Shown in pieces: positions 15,340 through 28,500 of a stretch of 64,000 bases of DNA. A model generated the notes under the pieces. The model was not told the origin of the DNA and made no database searches. It worked only from the letters and a program-made list of their open reading frames with translations. The position numbers were made by a program, and so were the translations under genes. Source of the stretch: the human T2T-CHM13v2.0 reference genome, Homo sapiens; assembly GCF_009914755.1 (NCBI RefSeq), contig NC_060933.1, one strand, 5' to 3'. Within the stretch, counting starts at the first letter, position 1. Every line of letters starts with the position of its first letter.

Positions 15340-18300
15340 CATTCCATTGCATTCCATTCCATTCCATTCCCCTGCACTCGCGTTGATTCCATTCCATTCC
15401 ATTCCATTCCATTCCATTCCATTCCATTCGATTCCTTTCCGTTCCATTCCATTCCATTCCATTCCACTCCATTCCATTCCGTTCCGTTCCGTTCCGTTAC
15501 ATTCCATTCCATTCCATTCTATTCGGGTTAATTCCATTCCATTCCATTCGATTGCAATCGAATTGATTCCATTCCATTCCATTCTATTCTATTCCATTCC
15601 ATTCCATTCCATTCCATTCCATTCCTTTCCATTCTATTACGGATGATTCCATTCCATTGCATTCCATTCCATTCCATTCCCCTGTACTCGGGTTGATTCC
15701 ATTCTATTCCATTCCAATCCATGCCATTCCACTCGTGTTGATTCCATTCTTTCCATTCCATTCAAGTTGAATCGATTCCATTGCATTCCATTCCATTCCA
15801 TTCCCCTGCAATCGGGTTGATTCCATTCCATTCCATTCCATTCCATTCCATTCCATTCCATTCCGTTCCGTTCCGTTCCATTCCATTCCATTCCATTCTA
15901 TTCGGGTTAATTCCATTCCTTTCCATTCCATTCCATTCCATTCCATTCCATTCCATTCCAATCGAGTTGATTCCATTCCATTCCATTCCATTCCATTCCA
16001 CTCCATTCCAGTCCTTTCCATTCCATTCCACTCAGGTTGATTCCAATGTATTCCTTTCCATTCCATTCCATTCCATTGCAATCGAGTTGATTCCATTGCT
16101 TTGCATTCCGTTCCATTCCATTCCATTCCGGATGATTCCATTCCATTGCATTCCATTCCATTCCATTCCCCTGCACTCGGGTTGATTCCATTCCATTCAA
16201 CTCCATTCCGTTCCATTCCATTCCATTCCATTGTATTCGGGTTAATTCCATTCCATTCCATTCCATTCCATTCCATTGCATTCCATTCCATTGTAATCGA
16301 GTTGATTCCATTCCATTCCTTTCCATTCCATTCCATTGCCTTGCATTCCACTCGGGTTGATACCATTCCCTTCTTTCCACTCTATTACATTCCCTTCCAT
16401 TCCACTCGGAATGATTGATTCCATTCCATTCCATTCCATTTCATTCCATTGCAATCCTTTCCAATCCATTCCATTCCATTCCATTCCACTCGAGTTGACT
16501 TCATTCCATTCCATTCCATTCCATTCCATTCCTTTCCACTCGAGTTGATTCCATTCCATTCCATTCCATTGCATTCCATTCCATGCCATTCCACTCGAGT
16601 TGATTCCATTCCTTTGCATTCCATTCCATTCCACTCCATTCCATTCCATTCCATTCCGTTGCATTCCATTCCATTACATTTGGATTGATTCTATTCAACT
16701 CCCTTACTGTCCATTACATTCCATTCCATTCGGGTTGTTCCATTACATTCCATTCCATTCCACTCCATTCCATTGCACTCGGGTTGATTCCATTCCATTC
16801 CATTCCATTCCATTCCATTCCATTCCATTCCGGATGATTCCATTCCATTGCATTCCGTTCCATTACATTCCCCTGCACTCGCGTTGATTCCATTCCATTC
16901 CATTCCATTCCATTCAATTCCATTCCATTACAATTCGTTCCATTCCATTCTATTCCGTACCATTCCATTCCATTCCATACCATTCCATTCCATTCCATTC
17001 CATTCCATTCCATTCCGTTCCATTCCGTTCCATTCCATTCCATTCTATTCGGGTTAATTCCATTCCATTCCATTCCATTCCATTCTATTCCATTCCATTG
17101 CAATCAAGTTGAATCCACTGCATTTCATTCCATTCCATTCCATTCCATTCCATTCCATTCCATTCCATTCCATTCCATTTCGTTCCATTCCATTCTATTC
17201 CGTACCATTCCATTCCATTCCATTCCATTCCAGTCCATTCCATGCCATTCCACTCGTGTTGATTCCATTCCTTTCCATTCCATTTGGGTTGAATCCATTC
17301 CATTCCATTCCATTCCATTCCATTCGATTCCATTACATTACACTCGGGTTGATTCCATTCCATTCCATTCCATTTCATTCCATTCCATTCCATTCCATTC
17401 CATTCCATTCCATTCCATTCCATACCATTCCATTCCATTCCATTCCATGCCATTCCACTCGGGTTGATTCCATTCCTTTCCATTCCTTTCGAGTTGAACC
17501 CATTCCATTCCATTCCATTCCATTCCATTGCACACGGGTTCATTCCATTCCATTCCATTCCATTCCATTTCGTTCTTTTCCATTCTATTCCGTACCATTC
17601 CTTTCCATTCCATTCCATGCCATTCCACTCGGGTTTATTCCATTCCTTTCCATTCCATTCGTGTTCATTCCGTTCCATTCCCTTCCATTCCATTCGATTC
17701 CATTCCATTGCACTCGGGTTGATTCCATTCCATTCCATGCCATTCCATTTCATTCCATTCCATTCCATTCCATTCCATTCTATTCCGTTCCATTCCATTC
17801 AATTACATTCGTATTGATTCTTTTTAATTCCCTTACACTCCATTACATTCCATTCCATTCGGGTACTTTCCATTCCATTCCATTCCATTCCACTGCATTC
17901 TATTGCACTCTGGTTGATTGATTCCATTCCATTGCATTCCATTCCATTCCATTCCCCTGAACTCGGGTGGATTCCATTCCATTCCATTCCATTCCATTCC
18001 TTTCCATTCCATTGCACAAGGGTTGATTCCATTCCATTCCTTTCTGTTCCATTCCGGTTGACTCCATTCCATTGCATTCCATTCCATTCCATTCCCCTGC
18101 ACTGGGGTTCATTCCATTCCATTCCATTCCATTCCATTCCACTCTATTCCATTCCATTCCATTCCATTGAAATCGAGTTGATTCCATTTCATTCCATTCC
18201 ATTCCATTCCATTCCATTCCATTCCATTCCATTCCATTGCATTATATTCCGGTTAATTCCATTCCATTCCATTCCATTCCCTTCCATTCCATTCCATTCC

Positions 18301-18479
18301 ATTCTATTAGGGTTAATTCCATTCCATTCCATTCCATTCCGTTCCATTGCAATCGAGTTGATTCCATTCCATTCCATTCCATTCCATTCAATTCCGGATG
18401 ATTGCATTCCATTGCCTTCCATTCCATTCCATTCCCCTGCACTCGGGTTGATTCCATTCCATTCCTTTCCATTCCATTC

Positions 18480-21400
18480 CATTGCATTCCATTCCGTTCC
18501 ATTCCATTCCATTACATTCGCATTGATTCTATTCCATTCCCTTATACTCCATTACATTCCATTCCATTCGGGTTGTTTCCATTCCATTCCATTCCACTCC
18601 ATTCCATTGCAATCGGGTTGATTCCATTCCATTCCATTCCATTCCATTCCGTATGATTCCATTCCATTGCATTCCATTCCATTCCATTCCCCTGCACTCG
18701 GGTGGATTCCATTCTATTCCATTCCATTCCATTCCATTCCATTCCATTCCATTCCATTCCACTCCACTCCATGCCATTCCACTCGGGTTTATTCCATTCC
18801 TTTCCATTCCATTCGGGTTGAATCCATTCCATTCCATTCCATTCCACTCAATTCCATTACATTGCACTCAGGTTGATTCCATTGCATTCCATTCCATTCC
18901 ATTCCATTCCATTCCATTCCATTCCATTTCGTTCTTTTCCATTCTATTCCGTACCATTCCATTCCATTCCTTTGCATTCCATGCCATTCCACTCGGATTT
19001 ATTCCATTCATTTCCATTCCATTCGGGTTGAATCCATTCCATTCCATTCCATTCCATTCCATTCCATTCCATTCCATTCCATTCTATTCCGTACCTTTCC
19101 ATTCCATTCCATTCCATTCCATTCCATGCCATGCCATTCCACTCGGGTTGATTCCATTCCTTTCCATTCCATTCTAGTTGAATCCATTCCATTGCATTCC
19201 ATTCCATTCGATTCCATTCAATTGCACACGGGTTCATTCCATTCCATTCCATTCCATTCCATTCCATTCCATTCCATTTCGTTCCATTCCATTCTATTCC
19301 GTACCATTCCCTTCCATTCCATTCCATTCCAGTCCATTCCATGCCATTCCACTCGGGTTTATTCCATTCCTTTCCATTCCATTCGGGTTGAATCCATTCC
19401 ATTCCATTCCATTCCATTCCATTCCATTCCATTCCATTCCATGCCATTCAACTCGGGTTTATTCCATTCCTTTCGATTCCATTCGAGTTGAACCCATTCC
19501 ATTCCATTCCATTCCATTCCATTCCATTGCTCACGGGTTCATTCCATTCCATTCCATTGCACTCCATTCCATTCCATCTCGTTCCATTCCATTCTACTCC
19601 ATACCATTCCATTCTATTCCATTCCCTTCCATGCCATTTCACTCGGGTTTATTCCATTCCTTTCCATTCCATTCGGGTTGAATCCATTCCATTCCATTCC
19701 ATTGCATTCCATTCCATTCCATTCCATTCCATTCCCCTGCAATCGGGTGGATTCCATTCTATTCCATTCCATTCCATTCCATTGCATTCCATTCCATTAC
19801 ATTCTATTCCGTTCCATTCCATTCCATGCCATTCCACTCGGGTTGATTCCATTGCTTTCCATTCCATTTGGGTTGAATCTAATCCATTCCATTCCATTCC
19901 ATTCCATTCCATTCCATTGCACTAGGTTTGATTCCATTTCACTGCATTCCATTCCATTCCATTCCATTAAATTCCATTCCACTCTGGTTGATTCCATTCC
20001 TTTCCATTCCATTCGGGTTGAATCCATTCCATTCCATTCCATTACTTTCGATTCCATTCCATTGCACTCGGGTTGAACCCATTCCATTAGATTCCATTCC
20101 ATTCCATTGCATTCCATTCCGTTCCATTCAATTCCATTACATTCGTATTGATTCTATTCAATTCCCTTACACTCCATTCCATTCCATTCCATTCGGGTTG
20201 TTTCCATTCCATTCCATTCCATTCCACTCCATTCCATTGCAATCGGGTTGATTCCATTCCATTCCATTCCATTCCATTCCATTCCGTATCATTCCATTCC
20301 ATTGCATTCCATTCCATTCCATTCCCCTGCACTCGGGTAGATTCCATTCTATTCCATTCCATTCCATTCCACTCTATTCCATTCCATTCCATTCCATTCC
20401 ATTCCATTCTATTCGGGTTAATTTCATTCCATTCCATTCCATTCCATTCCATTCCATTCCATTGAAATCGAGTTGATTCCATTTCATTCCATTCCATTCC
20501 ATTCCATTCCATTCCATTGCATTCTATTCCGGTTAATTCCATTCCATTCCATTCCATTCCCTTCCATTCCATTCCATTCCATTCTATTAGGGTTAATTCC
20601 GTTCCATTACATTCCATTACATTCCATTGCAATCGAGTTGATTCCATTCCATTCCATTCCATTCCATTCAATTCCGGATGATTGCATTCCATTGCCTTCC
20701 ATTCCATTCCATTCCCCTGCACTCGGGTTGATTCCATTCCATTCCTTTCCATTCCATTCCATTCCATTCCATTCCATTCCATTTCGTTTCATTCCGTTCT
20801 ATTCCGTACCATTCCATTCCATTCCATTCCATTCCATTCCATTTCATTCCATTCCATTCCATGCCATTCAACTCGGGTTTATTCCATTCCTTTCCATTCC
20901 ATTCGGGTTGAATCCATTCCATTCCATTCCATTCCATTCCATTCAATTCCATTACATAGCACTCGGGTTGATTCCATTGCATTCCATTCCATTCCATTGC
21001 ATTCCATTCCATTCCATTCCATTCCATTGCTTTCCATTCCATGCCATTCCACTCGGGTTGATTCCATTCCTTTCCATTCCATTCGAGTTGAACCCATTCC
21101 ATTCCATTCCATTCCATTCCATTCCATTCCATTGCAATCGAATTGATTCCATTCCATTCCATTCCATTCCATTCCATGCCATTCCACTCGGGTTGATTCC
21201 ATTGCTTTCCATTCCATTTGGGTTGAATCCAATCCATTCCATTGCATTCAATTCCATTCCTTTCCATTGCACTAGGTTTGATTCCATTCCACAGCATTCC
21301 ATTCCATTCCATTCCATTCCATTCCATTCCACTCGGGATGATTCCATTCCTTTCCATTCCATTCGGGTTGAAACCATTCCATTCCATTCCATTCCTTTCG

Positions 21401-24400
21401 ATTCCATTCCCTTACACTCGGGTTGATCCCATTCCTTTGCATTGCATTCCATTCCATTGCATTCCATTCCGTTCCATTCCATTCCATTACATTCGCATTG
21501 ATTCTATTCCATTCCCTTACACTCCATTACATTCCATTCCATTCGGGTTGTTTCCATTCCATTCCATTCCATTCCACTCCATTCCATTGCAATCGGGTTG
21601 ATTCCATTCCATTCCATTCCATTCCATTACGTATGATTCCATTCCATTCCATTCCACTCCATTCCATTGCAATCGGGTTGATTCCATTCCATTCCATTCC
21701 ATTCCATTCCGTATGATTCCATTCCATTGCATTCCATTCCATTCCATTCCCCTGCACTCGGGTGGATTCCATTCTATTCCATTCCATTCCATTCCATTCC
21801 ATTCCATTCCATTCCATTCCATTCCACTCCACTCCATGCCATTCCACTCGGGTTTATTCCATTCCTTTCCATTCCATTCGGGTTGAATCCATTCCATTCC
21901 ATTCCATTCCACTCAATTCCATTACATTGCACTCGGGTTGATTCCATTGCATTCCATTCCATTCCATTCCATTCCATTCCATTCCATTCCATTTCGTTCT
22001 TTTCCATTCTATTCCGTACCATTCCATTCCATTCCTTTGCATTCCATGCCATTCCACTCGGGTTTATTCCATTCATTTCCATTCCATTCGGGTTGAATCC
22101 ATTCCATTCCATTCCATTCCAATCCATTCCATTCCATTCCATTCTATTCCGTACCTTTCCATTCCATTCCATTCAATTCCATTCCATTCCATGCCATGCC
22201 ATTCCACTCGGGTTGATTCCATTCCTTTCCATTCCATTCTAGTTGAATCCATTCCATTGCATTCCATTCCATTCGATTCCATTCAATTGCACACGGGTTC
22301 ATTCCATTCCATTCCATTCCATTCCATTCCATTCCATTCCATTCCATTCCATTCCATTTCGTTCCATTCCATTCTATTCCGTACCATTCCCTTCCATTCC
22401 ATTCCATTCCACTCCATTCCATGCCATTCCACTCGGGTTTATTCCATTCCTTTCCATTCCATTCGGGTTGAATCCATTCCATTCCATTTCATTCCATTCC
22501 ATTCCATTCCATTCCATTCCATTCCATTCCATTCCATTCCATGCCATTCAACTCGGGTTTATTCCATTCCTTTCGATTCCATTCGAGTTGAACCCATTCC
22601 ATTCCATTCCATTCCATTCCATTCCGTTGCTCACGGGTTCATTCCATTCCATTCCATTCCACTCCATTCCATTCCATCTCGTTCCATTCCATTCTACTCC
22701 ATACCATTCCATTCTATTCCATTCCCTTCCATGCCATTTCACCGGGTTTATTCCATTCCTTTCCATTCCATTCGGGTTGAATCCATTCCATTCCATTCCA
22801 TTGCATTCCATTCCATTCCATTCCATTCCATTCCCCTGCAATCGGGTGGATTCCATTCTATTCCATTCCATTCCATTCCATTGCATTCCATTCCATTCCA
22901 TTCTATTCCGTTCCATTCCATTCCATGCCATTCCACTCGGGTTGATTCCATTGCTTTCCATTCCATTTGGGTTGAATCTAATCCATTCCATTCCATTCCA
23001 TTCCATTCCATTCCATTGCACTAGGTTTGATTCCATTTCACTGCATTCCATTCCATTCCATTCCATTAAATTCCATTCCACTCTGGTTGATTCCATTCCT
23101 TTCCATTCCATTCGGGTTGAATCCATTCCATTCCATTCCATTACTTTCGATTCCATTCCATTGCACTCGGGTTGAACCCATTCCATTAGATTCCATTCCA
23201 TTCCATTGCATTCCATTCCGTTCCATTCAATTCCATTACATTCGTATTGATTCTATTCAATTCCCTTACACTCCATTCCATTCCATTCCATTCGGGTTGT
23301 TTCCATTCCATTCCATTCCATTCCACTCCATTCCATTGCAATCGGTTTGATTCCATTCCATTCCATTCCATTCCATTCCGTATGATTCCATTCCATTGCA
23401 TTCCATTCCATTCCATTCCCCTGCACTCGGGTGGATTCCATTCTATTCCATTCCATTCCATTCCACTCTATTCCATTCCATTCCATTCCATTCCATTCCA
23501 TTCCATTCCATTCTATTCGGGTTAATTTCATTCCATTCCATTCCATTCCATTCCATTGAAATCGAGTTGATTCCATTTCATTCCATTCCATTCCATTCCA
23601 TTCCATTCCATTCCATTCCATTGCATTCTATTCCGGTTAATTCCATTCCATTCCATTCCATTCCATTCCCTTCCATTCCATTCCATTCCATTCTATTAGG
23701 GTTAATTCCATTCCATTACATTCCATTACATTCCATTGCAATCGAGTTGATTCCATTCCATTCCATTCCATTCCATTCAATTCCGGATGATTGCATTCCA
23801 TTGCCTTCCATTCCATTCCATTCCCCTGCACTCGGGTTGATTCCATTCCATTCCTTTCCATTCCATTCCATTCCATTCCATTCCATTCCATTTCGTTTCA
23901 TTCCGTTCTATTCCGTACCATTCCATTCCATTCCATTCCATTCCATTCCATTTCATTCCATTCCATTCCATGCCATTCAACTCGGGTTTATTCCATTCCT
24001 TTCCATTCCATTCGGGTTGAATCCATTCCATTCCATTCCATTCCATTCCATTCAATTCCATTACATAGCACTCGGGTTGATTCCATTGCATTCCATTCCA
24101 TTCCATTGCATTCCATTCCATTCCATTCCATTCCATTGCTTTCCATTCCATGCCATTCCACTCGGGTTGATTCCATTCCTTTCCATTCCATTCTAGTTGA
24201 ACCCATTCCATTCCATTCCATTCCATTCCATTCCATTCCATTGCAATCGAATTGATTCCATTCCATTCCATTCCATTCCATTCCATTCCATTCCATGCCA
24301 TTCCACTCGGGTTGATTCCATTGCTTTCCATTCCATTTGGGTTGAATCCAATCCATTCCATTGCATTCAATTCCATTCCTTTCCATTGCACTAGGTTTGA

Positions 24401-27400
24401 TTCCATTCCACAGCATTCCATTCCATTCCATTCCATTCCATTCCATTCCACTCGGGATGATTCCATTCCTTTCCATTCCATTCGGGTTGAAACCATTCCA
24501 TTCCATTCCATTCCTTTCGATTCCATTCCCTTACACTCGGGTTGATCCCATTCCTTTGCATTGCATTCCATTCCATTGCATTCCATTCCGTTCCATTCCA
24601 TTCCATTACATTCGCATTGATTCTATTCCATTCCCTTACACTCCATTACATTCCATTCCATTCGGGTTGTTTCCATTCCATTCCATTCCATTCCACTCCA
24701 TTCCATTGCAGTCGGGTTGATTCCATTCCATTCCATTCCATTCCATTCCGTATGATTCCATTCCATTGCATTCCATTCCATTCCATTCCCCTGCACTCGG
24801 GTGGATTCCATTCTATTCCATTCCATTCCATTCCATTCCATTCCATTCCATTCCATTCCACTCCACTCCATGCCATTCCACTCGGGTTTATTCCATTCCT
24901 TTCCATTCCATTCGGGTTGAATCCATTCCATTCCATTCCATTCCACTCAATTCCATTACATTGCACTCGGGTTGATTCCATTGCATTCCATTCCATTCCA
25001 TTCCATTCCATTCCATTCCATTCCATTCCATTCCATTTCGTTCTTTTCCATTCTATTCCGTACCATTCCATTCCACTCCTTTGCATTCCATGCCATTCCA
25101 CTCGGGTTTATTCCATTCATTTCCATTCCATTCCGGTTGAATCCATTCCATTCCATTCCATTCCATTCCATTCCATTCCATTCTATTCCGTACCTTTCCA
25201 TTCCATTCCATTCCATTCCATTCCATTCCATGCCATGCCATTCCACTCGGGTTGATTCCATTCCTTTCCATTCCATTCTAGTTGAATCCATTCCATTGCA
25301 TTCCATTCCATTCGATTCCATTCAATTGCACACGGGTTCATTCCATTCCATTCCATTCCATTCCATCCCATTCCATTCCATTCCATTCCATTTCCTTCCA
25401 TTCCATTCTATTCCGTACCATTCCCTTCCATTCCATTCCATTCCACTCCATTCCATGCCATTCCACTCGGGTTTATTCCATTCCTTTCCATTCCATTCGG
25501 GTTGAATCCATTCCATTCCATTCCATTCCATTCCATTCCATTCCATTCCATGCCATTCAACTCGGGTTTATTCCATTCCTTTCGATTCCATTCGAGTTGA
25601 ACCCATTCCATTCCATTCCATTCCATTCCATTCCATTGCTCACGGGTTCATTCCATTCCATTCCATTCCACTCCATTCCATTCCATCTCGTTCCATTCCA
25701 TTCTACTCCATACCATTCCATTCTATTCCATTCCCTTCCATGCCATTTCACTCGGGTTTATTCCATTCCTTTCCATTCCATTCGGGTGGAATCCATTCCA
25801 TTCCATTCCATTGCATTCCATTCCATTCCATTCCATTCCATTCCCCTGCAATCGGGTGGATTCCATTCTATTCCATTCCATTCCATTCCATTGCATTCCA
25901 TTCCATTCCATTCTATTCCGTTCCATTCCATTCCATGCCATTCCACTCGGGTTGATTCCATTGCTTTCCATTCCATTTGGGTTGAATCTAATCCATTCCA
26001 TTCCATTCCATTCCATTCCATTCCATTGCACTAGGTTTGATTCCATTTCACTGCATTCCATTCCATTCCATTCCATTAAATTCCATTCCACTCTGGTTGA
26101 TTCCATTCCTTTCCATTCCATTCGGGTTGAATCCATTCCATTCCATTCCATTACTTTCGATTCCATTCCATTGCACTCGGGTTGAACCCATTCCATTAGA
26201 TTCCATTCCATTCCATTGCATTCCATTCCGTTCCATTCAATTCCATTACATTCGTATTGATTCTATTCAATTCCCTTACACTCCATTCCATTCCATTCCA
26301 TTCGGGTTGTTTCCATTCCATTCCATTCCATTCCACTCCATTCCATTGCAATCGGGTTGATTCCATTCCATTCCATTCCATTCCATTCCATTCCGTATCA
26401 TTCCATTCCATTGCATTCCATTCCATTCCATTCCCCTGCACTCGGGTGGATTCCATTCTATTCCATTCCATTCCATTCCACTCTATTCCATTCCATTCCA
26501 TTCCATTCCATTCCATTCCATTGAAATCGAGTTGATTCCATTTCATTCCATTCCATTCCATTCCATTCCATTCCATTGCATTCTATTCCGGTTAATTCCA
26601 TTCCATTCCATTCCATTCCCTTCCATTCCATTCCATTCCATTCTATTAGGGTTAATTCCATTCCATTACATTCCATTACATTCCATTGCAATTGAGTTGA
26701 TTCCATTCCATTCCATTCCATTCCATTCAATTCCGGATGATTGCATTCCATTGCCTTCCATTCCATTCCATTCCCCTGCACTCGGGTTGATTCCATTCCA
26801 TTCCTTTCCATTCTATTCCATTCCATTCCATTCCATCCCATTTCGTTTCATTCCGTTCTATTCCGTACCATTCCATTCCATTCCATTCCATTCCATTCCA
26901 TTCCATTTCATTCCATTCCATTCCATGCCATTCCACTCAGGTTGATTCCATTCCTTTCCATTCCATTCGACTTGAATCCATTCCATTCCATTCCATTCCA
27001 TTCCATTCCATTGCACACGGGTTCATTCCATTGCATTCCATTCCATTCCATTCCATTCCATTCCATTCCATTCCATTCCATGCCATTCCACTCGGGTTGA
27101 TTCCATTCCTTTCCGTTCCATTCGAGTTGAACCCATTCCGTTCCATTCCATTCCATTCCATTCCATTCCATTCCATTCCATTCCATTGCACACGGGTTCA
27201 TTCCATTCCATTCCATTACATTACATTCCATTGCATTTCGTTCCATTCCATTCTATTCCGTACCATTCCATTCCATTCCATTCCATTCCATTCCATTCCA
27301 TTCCACTCCATTCCATGCCATTCCACTCGGGTTTATTCCATTCCTTTCCATTCCATTCGGGTTGAATCCATTCCACTCCATTCCATTCCATTCCATTCAA

Positions 27401-28500
27401 TTCCATTACATAGCACTCGGGTTGATTCCATTGCATTCCATTCCATTCCATTGCATTCCATTCCATTCCATTCCATTCCATTGCTTTCCATTCCATGCCA
27501 TTCCACTCGGGTTGATTCCATTCCTTTCCATTCCATTCGAGTTGAACCCATTCCATTCCATTCCATTCCATTCCATTGCAATCGAATTGATTCCATTCCA
27601 TTCCATTCCATTCCATTCCATTCCATTCCATTCCATGCCATTCCACTCGGGTTGATTCCATTGCTTTCCATTCCATTTGGGTTGAATCCAATCCATTCCA
27701 TTGCATTCAATTCCATTCCTTTCCATTGCACTAGGTTTGATTCCATTCCACAGCATTCCATTCCATTCCATTCCATTCCATTCCATTCCACTCGGGATGA
27801 TTCCATTCCTTTCCATTCCATTCGGGTTGAAACCATTCCATTCCATTCCATTCCTTTCGATTCCATTCCCTTACACTCGGGTTGATCCCATTCCATTGCA
27901 CTGCATTCCATTCCATTGCATTCCATTCCGTTCCATTCCATTCCATTACATTCGCATTGATTCTATTCCATTCCCTTACACTCCATTACATTCCATTCCA
28001 TTCGGGTTGTTTCCATTCCATTCCATTCCATTCCACTCCATTCCATTGCAATCGGGTTGATTCCATTCCATTCCATTCCATTCCATTCCATTCCGTATGA
28101 TTCCATTCCATTGCATTCCATTCCATTCCATTCCCCTGCACTCGGGTGGATTCCATTCTATTCCATTCCATTCCATTCCATTCCATTCCATTCCACTCCA
28201 CTCCATGCCATTCCACTCGGGTTTATTCCATTCCTTTCCATTCCATTCGGGTTGAATCCATTCCATTCCTTTCCATTCCACTCAATTCCATTACATTGCA
28301 CTCGGGTTGATTCCATTGCATTCCATTCCATTCCATTCCATTCCATTCCATTCCATTCCATTTCGTTCTTTTCCATTCTATTCTGTACCATTCCATTCCA
28401 TTCTTTGCATTCCATGCCATTCCACTCGGGTTTATTCCATTCATTTCTATTCCATTCGGGTTGAATCCATTCCATTCCATTCCATTCCATTCCATTCCAT
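18480..28500 (+). repeat. ~3.1-kb higher-order tandem repeat, three full copies (~18480-21455, ~21456-24575, ~24576-27915) plus a partial fourth
   Basis: Rare markers recur at ~3-kb spacing: CGCATTGATTCTATTCC at 18519, 21494, 24613, 27953; GAATCTAATCC at 19875, 22974, 25984; ACAGCATTCC at 21291, 24410, 27750. ORF-track peptides are identical or near-identical between copies (19928/23027/26037). Confidence 0.9.
21561..21720 (+). repeat. 80-bp tandem duplication (1 mismatch) private to copy 2 of the 3.1-kb repeat
   Basis: CCACTCC..GCAATCGGGTTG..GTATGATTCC appears at 21561-21640 and 21641-21720. It is single in the other copies. Confidence 0.88.

Larger units (their letters stand above)
1..17200 (+). 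repeat. HSat3 sub-domain, dialect A, block 1 (irregular multi-kb modular repeat)
   Basis: Diagnostic motifs recur here and at 46.2-57.3 kb: CCGGAAGATTCC, CTGCACTCGCGTT, TTACGGATG (516, 4506, 5349, 8560, 11432, 12215, 14764, 15637), GAATACATTCCCTCCTATTCC (~1832, 7444, 10382, 13022), GGTTTGAAG(G/C)C. Right boundary approximate (17130-17230). Confidence 0.8.

Noticed and set aside
19875-25994. GAATCTAATCC as a DUX4-type double-homeodomain site
   Set aside because: It mismatches the TAAYYYAATCA consensus at both ends, has only three copies, and is a one-base variant of GAATCCAATCC.
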